Positions 41,116 through 51,181 of a DNA stretch of 64,000 nt are shown here, piece by piece. Position numbers and translations under genes: made by a program. Within the stretch, counting starts at the first letter, position 1, and each line of letters begins with the position of its first letter. Source of the DNA: an uncultured Collinsella sp. (GTDB lineage: Bacteria > Actinomycetota > Coriobacteriia > Coriobacteriales > Coriobacteriaceae); assembly GCA_902475595.1 (NCBI GenBank), contig CABRZT010000002.1, positions 13,211-77,210 on the forward strand, written 5' to 3'. The notes beneath the pieces are model-generated. The model searched no databases. It saw nothing but the letters and a program-made list of their open reading frames with translations, and was not told the origin of the DNA.

Positions 41116-41680
41116 GACCAAAAAAGCGAACGCCAAAGGACGTGTCCTCGCAGGCGACAATGCGGCGGTCGCGCAGGATGGTCCGCACGTAATACCAGTC
41201 GCCCACGCAACCCGACAAATGCAAGCCGGCCGCCAGATAGCACAGCAGCGGATAGCCCGAGAACGCAAACCCCAGGGCAAACGTTGTCGTCACAACAACC
41301 GTCGGCGCCAGGCAAACCGCCACGTACCGCCGGCGCGAATACACCACGCCCTCGGCGCAGGCGTAAATCATGCAGGTTTCGCGATTCGCCCCAAAGGTCA
41401 CCTTCGCGCCCGCAGGCGCCAGCAGCTTAAAAAACACACCGTGCACCAGCTCGTGCACGGCAAATGACGCCGCAGAAACCGCGGCCAAGCCGACTATCCA
41501 GCCCACAACCGCCGTCCAGCCGCCCGCGTCAGCCGCATCCAAGTCCGCAGGCCCGCCCATCAGCATAAACACCGGCACCAGGCACACGGCAAACACGCCG
41601 ACTACGACCATCCCCCACACGAAGCAAGCGTGCAGAAAATCCTCGTCTTCAAACGCATGTATGTTGGAAATCTCATTCAT
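41111..41680 (-). CDS. DUF3267-like membrane zincin-motif protein
   Basis: VHELVHG (HExxH), LAP, GCVGD; hydrophobic. Confidence 0.75.
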   Translation of the reverse strand: MNEISNIHAFEDEDFLHACFVWGMVVVGVFAVCLVPVFMLMGGPADLDAADAGGWTAVVGWIVGLAAVSAASFAVHELVHGVFFKLLAPAGAKVTFGANRETCMIYACAEGVVYSRRRYVAVCLAPTVVVTTTFALGFAFSGYPLLCYLAAGLHLSGCVGDWYYVRTILRDRRIVACEDTSFGVRFFGQ

Positions 41681-41812
41681 AGCACCTTAGGATAGCGCCC
41701 CTGCCACGTACCCGTCCGCATGTGCGATAATGTCGAACGATATGCACGAATTGACCACCGCGCCGCCAGGCCTTGCGCCCGGCCGCGCTCTCACCATATG
41801 CGAAGGAGTCCC

Positions 41813-44041
41813 ATGGCATCCAAATACTCCATGAACGACCGTCCCAGCTGGCCTCGCCGCGCCATCGTTACCGCCGGCGAGCCCTACGGCAACAAGGGCC
41901 TTCACTTTGGCCACGTCGGCGGCGTCTTTGTCCCGGCCGACTTCTTCGCCCGCTTCCTGCGCGACCGTCTGGGTCGCGAGAACGTCATCTTCACCTCGGG
42001 CACCGACTGCTATGGCTCGCCCATCATGGAGAGCTACCGCAAGCTCAAGGAGAACGAGGGCTACGACAAGTCCATTAGCGAGTATGTCGAGTCCAATCAC
42101 TCCCGCCAGGCCGCGACCCTCAACAACTACAACATCAGCTGTGACATCTACGGCGGCTCGGGCCTTGAGCCGGATCACTCCCGCCAAGCAGCGACCCTCA
42201 ACAACTACAACATCAGCTGCGATATCTACGGCGGCTCGGGCCTTGAGCCGGCGGCCCAGATCCACAACGAGGTGACCGCCGAGATTATCGAGCGCCTGCA
42301 CGAGCAGGGCACCATCTCCAAGCGCTCCACGCTGCAGTTCTACGATGCCAAGGCCGGCACGTTCCTCAACGGCCGTCAGGTGATCGGCCGCTGCCCCATC
42401 CAGGGCTGCAAGTCCGAGAAGGCCTATGCCGACGAGTGCGACCTGGGTCACCAGTTTGAGCCCGAGGAGCTCATCGCGCCTAAGAGCCAGCTCACCGGCG
42501 AGGTGCCCGAGCTGCGCCCGGTCGACAACCTCTACTTCGACCTGCCGGCCTACCTCGACTTTATGAAGACCTATACCGCCAAGCTCGCCCAGAACCCGCA
42601 GGTTCGTTCCGTGGTCTCCAAGACCATGGAGGAGTGGCTGCTGCCGGCTCAGCTCTACATCCAGAACAAGTTCCGCGAGGCCTTCGATGCCGTCGAGGAT
42701 CAGCTTCCCGAGCACACCGTCCTGGAGCCCGAGGGCAACAAGAGCAGCTTTACCGTCACCTTCCCCAGCTGGAAGGAGCGCGACGATGCCCACGCGGTGC
42801 TCGCCAACGGTGGCGTGCGTTTCCGCAGCGGCAAGGCACTCGTGCCCTTCCGCATCACCGGCAACATCGACTGGGGCGTTCCGGTGCCCGAGGTCGATGG
42901 CGTCTCCGACGTCACCTGTTGGTGCTGGCCCGAGAGCCTGTGGGCGCCCATCAGCTATACGCGTACCGTGCTCGCACGCGATGCCAAGGCCGCCGGCGCA
43001 ACCGAGGGCGTCGCCGCCCAGGATGCCGCCCTCATGGGCGAGCCCGCTGCCGATTCCACGCAGGTGCCCGCGCCCACCTACCAGCACAGCTCGCTCGACT
43101 GGCGCGACTGGTGGTGCTCTGACGACGCTCAGATCTACCAGTTTATCGGTCAGGACAACATCTACTTCTACTGCATTGCGCAGACCGCCATGTGGGAGGC
43201 CCTGGGCTGGGACCTCACGCAGAGCACCGTCAGCGCCTGCTACCACCTGCTCTACATGGGCAAAAAGGCCAGCTCGTCCTCGCAGACGCCTCCCCCGCCG
43301 GCAGACGACCTGCTCAACCACTACACCTGCGAGCAGATGCGCGCGCACTGGCTGTCGCTCGGCCTGTCCGAGAAGCCGGTAAGCTTTAGCCCCAAGGCAT
43401 ATGACACGCGCGTGACCGGCAAGGACAAGGACGGCAACGAGGTGCGCGCCTGCGACGACAAGCGCGTCATCGATCCCGCCCTTAAGGAGAGCGCCCTTTT
43501 GACCGGCGTCTTCAACCGCCTGGCCCGCAGCTGCTTCTACGGCGTTGCCATCAAGGAAGGCGACGAGAGCCCCTACCGCAACGGCTGCATCCCCGCTGGT
43601 GCCGCTTCTGACACCGTGGTCGAAGCCGCCCAGCAGGCAACCCTTGCCTTTGAGCAGGCCATGTACAAGTTCGAGACGCACCGCGCGCTCGCCGTGTGTG
43701 ACGACTACCTGCGCGCCGCCAACAAGCGCTGGAGCGACGCCTCCAAGGCCGCCAACAAGCTCGAGGGCGAGCCAGCCAGCGCCGCAATGACGCAGGCCCT
43801 CGTCGACGCCTTTACCGAGCTGCGCGTGGCGACCGTGCTCATGCACGGCATCGTCCCGGCCGGCTGCGAGCTCATCTGTGAGTACTTCGACGTCGACCCG
43901 GTCGCCTTCTTTAGCTGGGACAACATCTTTGCCTCCACGGACGAGTTCGTGGAGAGCCTGGGCGAGAAGCCCGGCGAGCACCGCGTGAAGCCACTGCCCC
44001 CGCGCTTCGACTTCTTCAGCAAGCACGAGAGCCAGTACTAG
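41813..44041 (+). CDS. metG: Methionyl-tRNA synthetase (divergent) with internal 26-aa tandem duplication
   Basis: PYGN..LHFGH (HIGH), SGTDCYG, WGVPVP, FIGQDNI, KASSS (KMSKS); AAGGAG RBS. Confidence 0.88.
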   Translation: MASKYSMNDRPSWPRRAIVTAGEPYGNKGLHFGHVGGVFVPADFFARFLRDRLGRENVIFTSGTDCYGSPIMESYRKLKENEGYDKSISEYVESNHSRQAATLNNYNISCDIYGGSGLEPDHSRQAATLNNYNISCDIYGGSGLEPAAQIHNEVTAEIIERLHEQGTISKRSTLQFYDAKAGTFLNGRQVIGRCPIQGCKSEKAYADECDLGHQFEPEELIAPKSQLTGEVPELRPVDNLYFDLPAYLDFMKTYTAKLAQNPQVRSVVSKTMEEWLLPAQLYIQNKFREAFDAVEDQLPEHTVLEPEGNKSSFTVTFPSWKERDDAHAVLANGGVRFRSGKALVPFRITGNIDWGVPVPEVDGVSDVTCWCWPESLWAPISYTRTVLARDAKAAGATEGVAAQDAALMGEPAADSTQVPAPTYQHSSLDWRDWWCSDDAQIYQFIGQDNIYFYCIAQTAMWEALGWDLTQSTVSACYHLLYMGKKASSSSQTPPPPADDLLNHYTCEQMRAHWLSLGLSEKPVSFSPKAYDTRVTGKDKDGNEVRACDDKRVIDPALKESALLTGVFNRLARSCFYGVAIKEGDESPYRNGCIPAGAASDTVVEAAQQATLAFEQAMYKFETHRALAVCDDYLRAANKRWSDASKAANKLEGEPASAAMTQALVDAFTELRVATVLMHGIVPAGCELICEYFDVDPVAFFSWDNIFASTDEFVESLGEKPGEHRVKPLPPRFDFFSKHESQY

Positions 44042-44057
44042 GCCAACGCCAAGGCAG

Positions 44058-44166
44058 AGTAGTCATTTTGGGACGGGGCTATTTTAGCTACCCCGTCCCA
44101 AATTTAACTGCAACGCCTGCCGAAACGGACGGGTAGCTAAAATAGCCCCGTCCCAAAATGACTACT
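44058..44166. repeat. REPIN-like family C element
   Basis: AGTAGTCATTTTGGGACGGGGCTATTTTAGCTACCC and inverted copy. Confidence 0.85.
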
Positions 44167-44192
44167 TTTAATGGAATGGAAAGGAAAGACGG

Positions 44193-45296
44193 ATGTCCAA
44201 GCCGCGCCGTCGTAAGCAGAAAAAGCAGGTTAAGCCCGAGCTCAAGCTTAGGCAGTTTGCCGCCACCGAGCTTTCCGACCATCTTGCCGCCCTTCCCTGC
44301 GCCGCCGACCTGCCGCGCTTTATGGTCGACACGGTCGCCGGCGCCTATGCACCCGCCGATGCCCAGCTCATAATCGAGGGCTTCGGCGCCGCGGCCACAC
44401 GCCCGGTCACGCTGCGCGCCAACACGCTCAAGGCGACCGCCGAGGACATCGCCGCCGCGCTCGACGCAGCCGGCATCGCCCACCGCCCCATCGCATGGTA
44501 TCCGGACGCCTTCATCCTGCCCGAGGCCCAGGTTTCCGACCTGTGGGACCTCGACATCTACTGCGACGGCAAGATCTACTTGCAGAGCCTGTCGTCCATG
44601 ATGCCACCGTTGGTCCTGGGCGCCCAGGCAGGCGAGGACATCCTGGACATGTGCGCAGCCCCTGGCGGCAAGACGACGCAAATTACCGCCCTCACGCAGG
44701 GGCAGGCGCACCTTACCGCCTGCGAGATGAGCATTCCCCGCGCCGAGAAGCTCGAAGCCAACCTCCACCGCCAAGGCGCAAAAAACGTGCCCGTCATGCG
44801 CATCGACGCACGCGAGCTCGACGAGTTCTTCCGCTTTGACCGTATCCTGCTCGACGCTCCCTGCACCGGCACGGGCACCGTCATCAGCGGCAACGAGAAG
44901 AGTCTGCGCGGCCTGACCGAGCAGTTGCTCGGCAAGTGCGCCCGCTCGCAGCGCGCGCTTCTGGACCGCGCCATGGGAGCCCTCAAACCGGGCGGCACGC
45001 TCGTCTATTCGACTTGTTCGATCTTGCCGCAGGAAAACGAGGACGCCCTGCAAGAGGCCCTCGACAAGCACATGGACTGCGAGCTTATCCCCCTCGACGG
45101 CACGCCGAGCGAAAGTGAAACGCGCCGTGCTCAGGAAGCTGGCGAAGAGCCGCGCGTCGAGAGCAACGCCCTCACCGAGGCCATCGCCGCCGGCCACGTC
45201 TCGTCCGTCGCCAACGGTATGCCCGGCACGCTGACCATTCCGCCCAGCCGCGACTTTGAGGGCTTCTATATCGCCCTGATCCGAAAACGCAGCTAG
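44193..45296 (+). CDS. RsmB/NOP family m5C RNA methyltransferase
   Basis: DMCAAPGGKT, LLDAPCTGTG, LVYSTCS..PQENE. Confidence 0.92.
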   Translation: MSKPRRRKQKKQVKPELKLRQFAATELSDHLAALPCAADLPRFMVDTVAGAYAPADAQLIIEGFGAAATRPVTLRANTLKATAEDIAAALDAAGIAHRPIAWYPDAFILPEAQVSDLWDLDIYCDGKIYLQSLSSMMPPLVLGAQAGEDILDMCAAPGGKTTQITALTQGQAHLTACEMSIPRAEKLEANLHRQGAKNVPVMRIDARELDEFFRFDRILLDAPCTGTGTVISGNEKSLRGLTEQLLGKCARSQRALLDRAMGALKPGGTLVYSTCSILPQENEDALQEALDKHMDCELIPLDGTPSESETRRAQEAGEEPRVESNALTEAIAAGHVSSVANGMPGTLTIPPSRDFEGFYIALIRKRS

Positions 45297-45320
45297 CGCA
45301 CGGATTCAAAACTCAACAAG

Positions 45321-45491
45321 CTATCTCCGTGCGCGCTTGTCCTGCTGGTCACGGTGCTGCTTAAGTGCCTCGCGTTCCTTGCGCTCGGCCCTTTTTCCCT
45401 TAATGGCCGTGACCACCAAGTAGATGATCGCGGCGGCTACGATTGCGCCCACACACAGGCCAATCGAGCCCAACATTGCTGTGAAATCCAT
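45321..45491 (-). CDS. Small single-pass membrane protein (56 aa)
   Basis: MDFTAMLGSIGLCVGAIVAAAIIYLVVTAIKGKRAERKEREALKQHRDQQDKRARR*; AGAGGTG RBS; below ORF-track cutoff. Confidence 0.65.
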   Translation of the reverse strand: MDFTAMLGSIGLCVGAIVAAAIIYLVVTAIKGKRAERKEREALKQHRDQQDKRARR

Positions 45492-45682
45492 ACCGCGTCA
45501 CCTCTCTTTTAAACGGGACATTCAAGATAGCACCTCAATACCCGCCACCACAGCTCCTTCACGTTCGCCGGTCCTTCGGTCTAACGGATGGCGCGGCGGG
45601 GAAAAATCAACTCGTCAAACGATTTAGCAAGCACAACGCTGTCGGCACCCCGCCGGCCACCATCGCATAGAATCGAGCCCCC

Positions 45683-46774
45683 ATGGATACTCTCAACGAT
45701 TTGAACGAGCGCGTCGACGCCTTTGTCGGCACCAGTTCCTTCGACGCGCCTGCCGCGACGAACGACCAGGCCCCCATCGATGTTCCCGCCGAGGTTCACG
45801 AGGACATCGTCGCCTCGGTCGATTTTTCCGAGGTCGAGCTTGCAGACGAGTTCACCGAGCCCCAGGTAGCCGTGACCCCCAACGGACTACTCCCCATGGA
45901 GCCGCTGCCCATCGACGGGCGTCTGCGCAAGGCGGCCCTTCGCATGCCCGACGAGATCGAGGAGGCCAGCGGCTTTACGCTCTTCGGCCGACGCATCAAG
46001 TCGCTCATTTACACCACCGACGTCGCGGTTATCCGCAACTCTAACGCCGATGCCGTCTTTGCGGTCTACCCTTTCACGCCGCAGCCCGCCATTACGCAAG
46101 CGCTGCTGACCGTCGCCGAGTGCCCGGTCTTTGTAGGCGTGGGCGGCGGAACTACGACCGGCAAGCGCTCCGTGCAGATGGCAGCCGTCTCCGAGATGCA
46201 GGGCGCGGCGGGCTGCGTGGTCAACTCCCCCGCTACTGCCGAGATGGTAGAGCACATCACCAACATCGCCGACATCCCCGTCATCGCCACGGTCGTTCGC
46301 TGCGACGACGATGCCCACGCTAAGGTGCGCGCCGGCGCCAAGATTCTCAACATCGCCGCCGGCAAGAACACGCCCCAGGTCCTACGCGAGCTGCGCGAGC
46401 ACTATCCCAACCTGCCGCTTATCGCGCCGGGCGGCAAGACGCCCGAGAGCATCCGTGAGACCATCGCCGCCGGCGCCAACGCCATCATCTGGACGCCGCC
46501 TTCGGCCCAGCAGCTACAGACCGACATGATGCAGCGTTATCGCAAGATGAAGGAAGACGCCACACCTGTCATCTCGCGCGACGATGTGCCCATTATCGAC
46601 CAGGTCGCCGCCGCCGAGGTCAGCCAGGTCGAGAACATGAATCCCGACGTGCCGATTCCCGACGAAGTCATCGAGCGCGTTGCTTCGATCCACGAGCGCG
46701 TAGAAGAGCATCGCGCCAACCGCGGCCTCAAGCCATCACTGCACGGCTTTTTCTTCCGCGGAAAGAAACGCTAG
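45683..46774 (+). CDS. Uncharacterised TIM-barrel-like protein
   Basis: AVYPFTPQP, VGVGGGTTTG, PGGKTPESI..TIAAGANAI; coding-like GC3; start uncertain. Confidence 0.65.
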   Translation: MDTLNDLNERVDAFVGTSSFDAPAATNDQAPIDVPAEVHEDIVASVDFSEVELADEFTEPQVAVTPNGLLPMEPLPIDGRLRKAALRMPDEIEEASGFTLFGRRIKSLIYTTDVAVIRNSNADAVFAVYPFTPQPAITQALLTVAECPVFVGVGGGTTTGKRSVQMAAVSEMQGAAGCVVNSPATAEMVEHITNIADIPVIATVVRCDDDAHAKVRAGAKILNIAAGKNTPQVLRELREHYPNLPLIAPGGKTPESIRETIAAGANAIIWTPPSAQQLQTDMMQRYRKMKEDATPVISRDDVPIIDQVAAAEVSQVENMNPDVPIPDEVIERVASIHERVEEHRANRGLKPSLHGFFFRGKKR

Positions 46775-46786
46775 CCGCAACAGCAA

Positions 46787-46824
46787 GGCCCGCCCCACAA
46801 ACGTGAGGCGGGCCGTTTTCGTTT
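46787..46824 (+). terminator. Intrinsic terminator
   Basis: GGCCCGCC...GGCGGGCC then GTTTTCGTTT. Confidence 0.6.
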
Positions 46825-46855
46825 GAGCAATCATGCAGCGACGTGATGGGGCAAA

Positions 46856-47746
46856 TTAATCCACGCGCTTGTCGCCCATAAAGAAGAGCGCCACCGTACC
46901 AGGTCCGGTATGCGAGCCAATCAGAGTACCGATGTCATTGATCTCAATCTTGCCTTTAAGCTGCGGAACCTGTTCCTCAATCAGCGCCGCGACCGCCTCA
47001 GCATCCTCGCGGCACGCCGACTGCGACATGATGCACTTACCCGAATAATCTGCACCGTCCTGTACGTGTGCCATCATGGTCTTAGCCATCTCGGAAATCG
47101 CGCGCTTCTTAGTGCGAATCTTCTCACGTGGCGACAGCTTACCTTCGCAATCGACCGTCATAAGCGGGCAAATCTTGAGCGCCGTGCCGATGATCGCGCT
47201 CGCGGCCGAAATGCGACCGCCGCGCAGGTAGCTCGACAGATCGGTCGAGAAGAACCAGTGGTGCAGGTTGAGTTTATGCTCCTCAATCCAAGCGGCCGTC
47301 TCGTCGAGTGAAGCCCCGCTATCGCGCACGTCGGCGGCATATTCCAGCAACAGACCAAAGCCCGAAGACGCCCCCAGCGAATCGATGACGCGCACCTTGC
47401 CGCCCTGGGGATAGCGATCCGCGAGCATCTGCGCCGCGACGCAGGCCGATCCATACGTGCCCGAAATACCCGACGACAACGTCAGGTGCAGCACGTCTTT
47501 ACCCTCGGCAACAAACGGCTCCCAAAACTCCTCGTACTCGCCCACGCTCACCTGAGACGTCTTGGGCATGGCGCCCGCGGCAATCTGGGCAAAAAACTCG
47601 TCCGGCGTAATCGACTGATACAGATCGTCCGTATAGACAACATCGTCGATCTCGTAATGAAAACACACGACAGGGATATTGCGCGACGCAAAGAACTCAC
47701 GGGTTCGGTCGGCGGCGGATTCACAGGTCAGGACAAAATCACTCAT
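46856..47746 (-). CDS. DegV/FakB fatty-acid-binding protein
   Basis: PKTSQV, LSSGISGTY, LRGGRIS, IGSHTGPG. Confidence 0.92.
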   Translation of the reverse strand: MSDFVLTCESAADRTREFFASRNIPVVCFHYEIDDVVYTDDLYQSITPDEFFAQIAAGAMPKTSQVSVGEYEEFWEPFVAEGKDVLHLTLSSGISGTYGSACVAAQMLADRYPQGGKVRVIDSLGASSGFGLLLEYAADVRDSGASLDETAAWIEEHKLNLHHWFFSTDLSSYLRGGRISAASAIIGTALKICPLMTVDCEGKLSPREKIRTKKRAISEMAKTMMAHVQDGADYSGKCIMSQSACREDAEAVAALIEEQVPQLKGKIEINDIGTLIGSHTGPGTVALFFMGDKRVD

Positions 47747-48066
47747 ATGAGGCTCCTTACTCATTGCTGCGCAAATTATCGCACAGTGAGCCTACATGCG
47801 GTACATATGTCCACTATTTACCAAATCGAACCAAAAATAGTGAACATCTTTACCACCATCGTCTCCACCGGCCCCACGCATAAATATCTGAGAAAACACC
47901 TTCTGTCGTCTCCACCCGACCAACACATCTACCTTCACTAAATCGATTTACCAAACCATTCAGCCGACAATTCAGCCGCTGACGCAAAATCGAAACAAAA
48001 GCGGCGCATACTGATAAACGTTTGACGCTGTTTATCAGTTTTACCAGCCCCATCGGAAGGTGTTTC

Positions 48067-49921
48067 ATGGTCGCATTCGATCGCAACCCGCAAGACTTCA
48101 AGTATCTGCGCCTGCTGTCGAGACAGTTTCCCACCGAACAATCCGCATTTACCGAAATTATCAACCTCTCGGCCATCCTCAACCTACCCAAGGGCACCGA
48201 GCATTTTATGAGCGACGTGCATGGTGAGTACGAAGCCTTTATGCACATCCTCAACAACTGCTCGGGCGTCGTGCGCGAACATGTCGACGAGATCTTTGGC
48301 GACAAGCTCTCCTTTGACGAGAAGGGCGAGCTGTGCACGCTCATCTACTACCCGCGCGAGAAGATTGAGCTGGTCCGCAGCCGGCGCGAGGACTCGCCCA
48401 CCTGGTACAAGACGATGCTTGACCAGCTTATCATGGTCGCCCGCTCGCTTTCGAGCCGCTACACGCGCTCCAAGGTGCGTAAGGCCATCCCGCGCGACTA
48501 CGCCTACATCATCGACGAGTTGTTGCACACGCACCCGGACGAGAACAACTATCGCGTGCGCTATCACGAGCGCATCGTGGAGTCCATCCTGGAGACCGCC
48601 AGCGCCGACGACTTTATCGAGTCGCTCGCCTCGCTCATCAAGCGCCTGGCCGTCGACCACCTGCACCTGGTGGGCGACATCTTCGACCGCGGCGGCGGCG
48701 CTGCCAAGATTATGGACCGCCTGCTCACCTACCATTCGCTCGACATCCAGTGGGGCAACCACGACGTGCTGTGGATGGGGGTACGAGATCCTGGAGAACG
48801 ACTACGGCATCTCGCTGCGTGAGCTTGTCGCCTTTGCCGATGCCACCTACACCGCCGGTGAGCCCATCACCCCGCTGATCAAGGCCATCAATGTGCTGCT
48901 CTTTAAGCTCGAGGGCCAGATTATCCAGCGCCACCCCGAGTTCGATATGACCGACCGTCTGTTACTCGACAAGATCGAGCACGGCACCGGCACGGTCACG
49001 CTCGCCGACGGCAGCGTGTGGCCACTCACGACCAACGACTTCCCCACTGTCGATCCAGCGGACCCCTATACGCTCACGCCCCAGGAGCAGCACATCATCG
49101 ACAAGCTCGTGTCCGAGTTTGTCACCGCCGATCACCTGCATCGCCATATCGATTTCCTCTATTCCCACGGCTCGATGTACAAGGTTGCCAACGGCAACCT
49201 GCTGTTCCATGGCTGCGTTCCGCTCAACGAAGACGGCACCTTTAGCAGCATGAACTGCCTGGGCACCTGGCACGCTGGCCGCGATTATCTCGATTTTTGC
49301 GACCACATCGCCCGCCGCGCGTGGCGCGTGGGCGACCGCGACGCTCTCGACTGGATGTGGTACCTGTGGATTGGCTTTAACTCACCCGCCAGCGGACGCC
49401 TGGTGCGTACCTTTGAGCGCGCCTATATCGCCGATAAGAGCACCTGGGTCGAGCCGATGGACCCGTACTTTACGCTTACCAAGTCGCCCTCGGTCTGCGA
49501 TGACATCATGCGCGAGTTTGGCGTCGCGCCCATGGCATGTTCGCCGACCGGACACATCATCAACGGCCACACGCCCGTTAAAACCACCAAGGGCGAGCAG
49601 CCCATCCGCGCCGAGGGCAAGCTGCTGGTCATCGATGGCGGCTTCTGCCGCGCTTACCATCCCAAGACGGGCATCGCCGGCTATACGCTCATCTCGAGCT
49701 CGCGCGGCTGCCGCCTCAAGTCGCACCGGGCCTTTACGACGGTTGCCGAGGCACTCACGCGCAACGTGGACATCGAAAGCGAGACCAACCGTTTTGACCA
49801 AGCGGACCGTCGCCGCATGGTGAGCGACACCGATACTGGCGCCAAGATCCGCAGCCAAATCCAAGACCTGCGTCAGCTGCTCGATGCATATAGAAACGGT
49901 GCTATCGAGGAGCGCGCCTAG
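48067..49921 (+). pseudogene. fbp: Class 3 fructose-1,6-bisphosphatase, frameshifted near 48780
   Basis: LNLPKGTEHFMSDVHGE, GDIFDRG, WGNHD in one frame; LLFHGCVP, INGHTPVK, IDGGF, TGIAGYTL in another. Confidence 0.88.
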
Positions 49922-49999
49922 CACCACCCGCGGGGATTGGCTAAACTTGCTGAGTTTGTCATCCCCACGGCGTCCCCGCGCCACCCTAAGGCAGGTACC

Positions 50000-50395
50000 A
50001 TGCAAAAGCTCCTTGCGCAGATCATGAAATTTGGCATCGTCGGTGTCATTGCCACGGTTATCGACTTTGGCATTATGAATCTGCTCCACTACGGTCTGGG
50101 CCTCAACATCCTAATTGCCAACACCAGCGGCTTTATCATCTCACTCATTTTTAACTACCTCGCAAGCATGAAGTACGTGTTTGCGCACAAGGAAGGCATG
50201 AGCCGCCGCCGCGAGTTCATCATCTTTGTCGTGCTGTCCGTGATCGGTTTGGTGCTCAACGACGGCATCGTGCTGGCGTTCAACGCCGGTCTGGGGCTCG
50301 AGGCCAATATCGCCAAGATCTGCGCCACCGCGCTTGTCATGGTCTACAACTTTGTGACCCGAAAGATCTTCCTGGAGGGCAACGAGACCAAATAG
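50000..50395 (+). CDS. GtrA family protein
   Basis: KFGIVG, FNYLASMKYVF, four TM helices. Confidence 0.88.
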   Translation: MQKLLAQIMKFGIVGVIATVIDFGIMNLLHYGLGLNILIANTSGFIISLIFNYLASMKYVFAHKEGMSRRREFIIFVVLSVIGLVLNDGIVLAFNAGLGLEANIAKICATALVMVYNFVTRKIFLEGNETK

Positions 50396-50614
50396 CTCGA
50401 CACCCCTGCAGCATTACGGCGCCCACGGACGATGCGCACTCAGCGCAGCATCGTCCGTGGGCGCCGCTCGTTTACGGGCAAATTTTCAACGTTTACGGAT
50501 TAGCTCTTGAAAATTTGGCGAGTTCATATAGTTCTTGGCAAAGACCTTACGTTTCCCTTGTAAAAGCTCTAAAGTATCCTCTGCTCGATTCATCAACGCA
50601 TTGGATGTGATTAC

Positions 50615-51022
50615 GTGCGCAAGGCGCTGGCACAACCTCATACCAAGCAGTTCCTCAAGTTTGCTGTCGTGGGTCTCATCTCCTTTGGCATCGACTGGGG
50701 CATGCTCATTGCGCTCGTCGAGCTGTTCCACCTCGACTTTCTGATGAGCACCACGGTTTCGTTTATCACGTCCGTCGTGGTCAACTACTGGCTCAGCATG
50801 AAGTACGTGTTCGACCACCGCGAAGGCATGAGCCGCAAGCGCGAGTTCACGATCTTCACCATCCTGTCGGTGATCGGCCTGGGCCTCAACGACCTGTATA
50901 TGTTTGTGGGCGTCACGTTTTTGAGCATCGGCTACCAAGCCATGAAGGCCATCGCCACGTTCCTTGTCACCTGGTACAACTACTTCAGCCGTCGCTTCTT
51001 CCTCGAGGGCGCACGGTCGTAG
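50615..51022 (+). CDS. GtrA family protein, tandem paralog
   Basis: KFAVVG, VNYWLSMKYVF, EGMSRKREF shared with upstream copy. Confidence 0.88.
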   Translation: MRKALAQPHTKQFLKFAVVGLISFGIDWGMLIALVELFHLDFLMSTTVSFITSVVVNYWLSMKYVFDHREGMSRKREFTIFTILSVIGLGLNDLYMFVGVTFLSIGYQAMKAIATFLVTWYNYFSRRFFLEGARS

Positions 51023-51121
51023 TCGATTCACTATTTGCTTGAATGTATAACCGGTTGGAATTCCCGTTCCAACCGGTTTTTTGTTTGCCGAGAGACCCGG
51101 CGACCCAGTCCCATTCGCATG

Positions 51122-51161
51122 AAAAACGGGCGGTCCGGATGTTGGTCCGAACCGCCCGTTT
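51122..51161 (-). terminator. Terminator ending the riboswitch-controlled unit
   Basis: AAAAACGGGCGGT...ACCGCCCGTTT; U-tract on minus strand. Confidence 0.65.
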
Positions 51162-51181
51162 GGCGCGCTATGTCGAGGCCT

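Noticed and set aside
41681..41812. T-box or SAM riboswitch before metG
   Set aside because: Region is short, shared with a divergent gene, and has no T-box bulge or S-box core.
41687..44026. 779-aa ORF antisense to metG
   Set aside because: Shadow frame caused by high-GC codon bias; no motifs; fully overlaps a recognisable gene.
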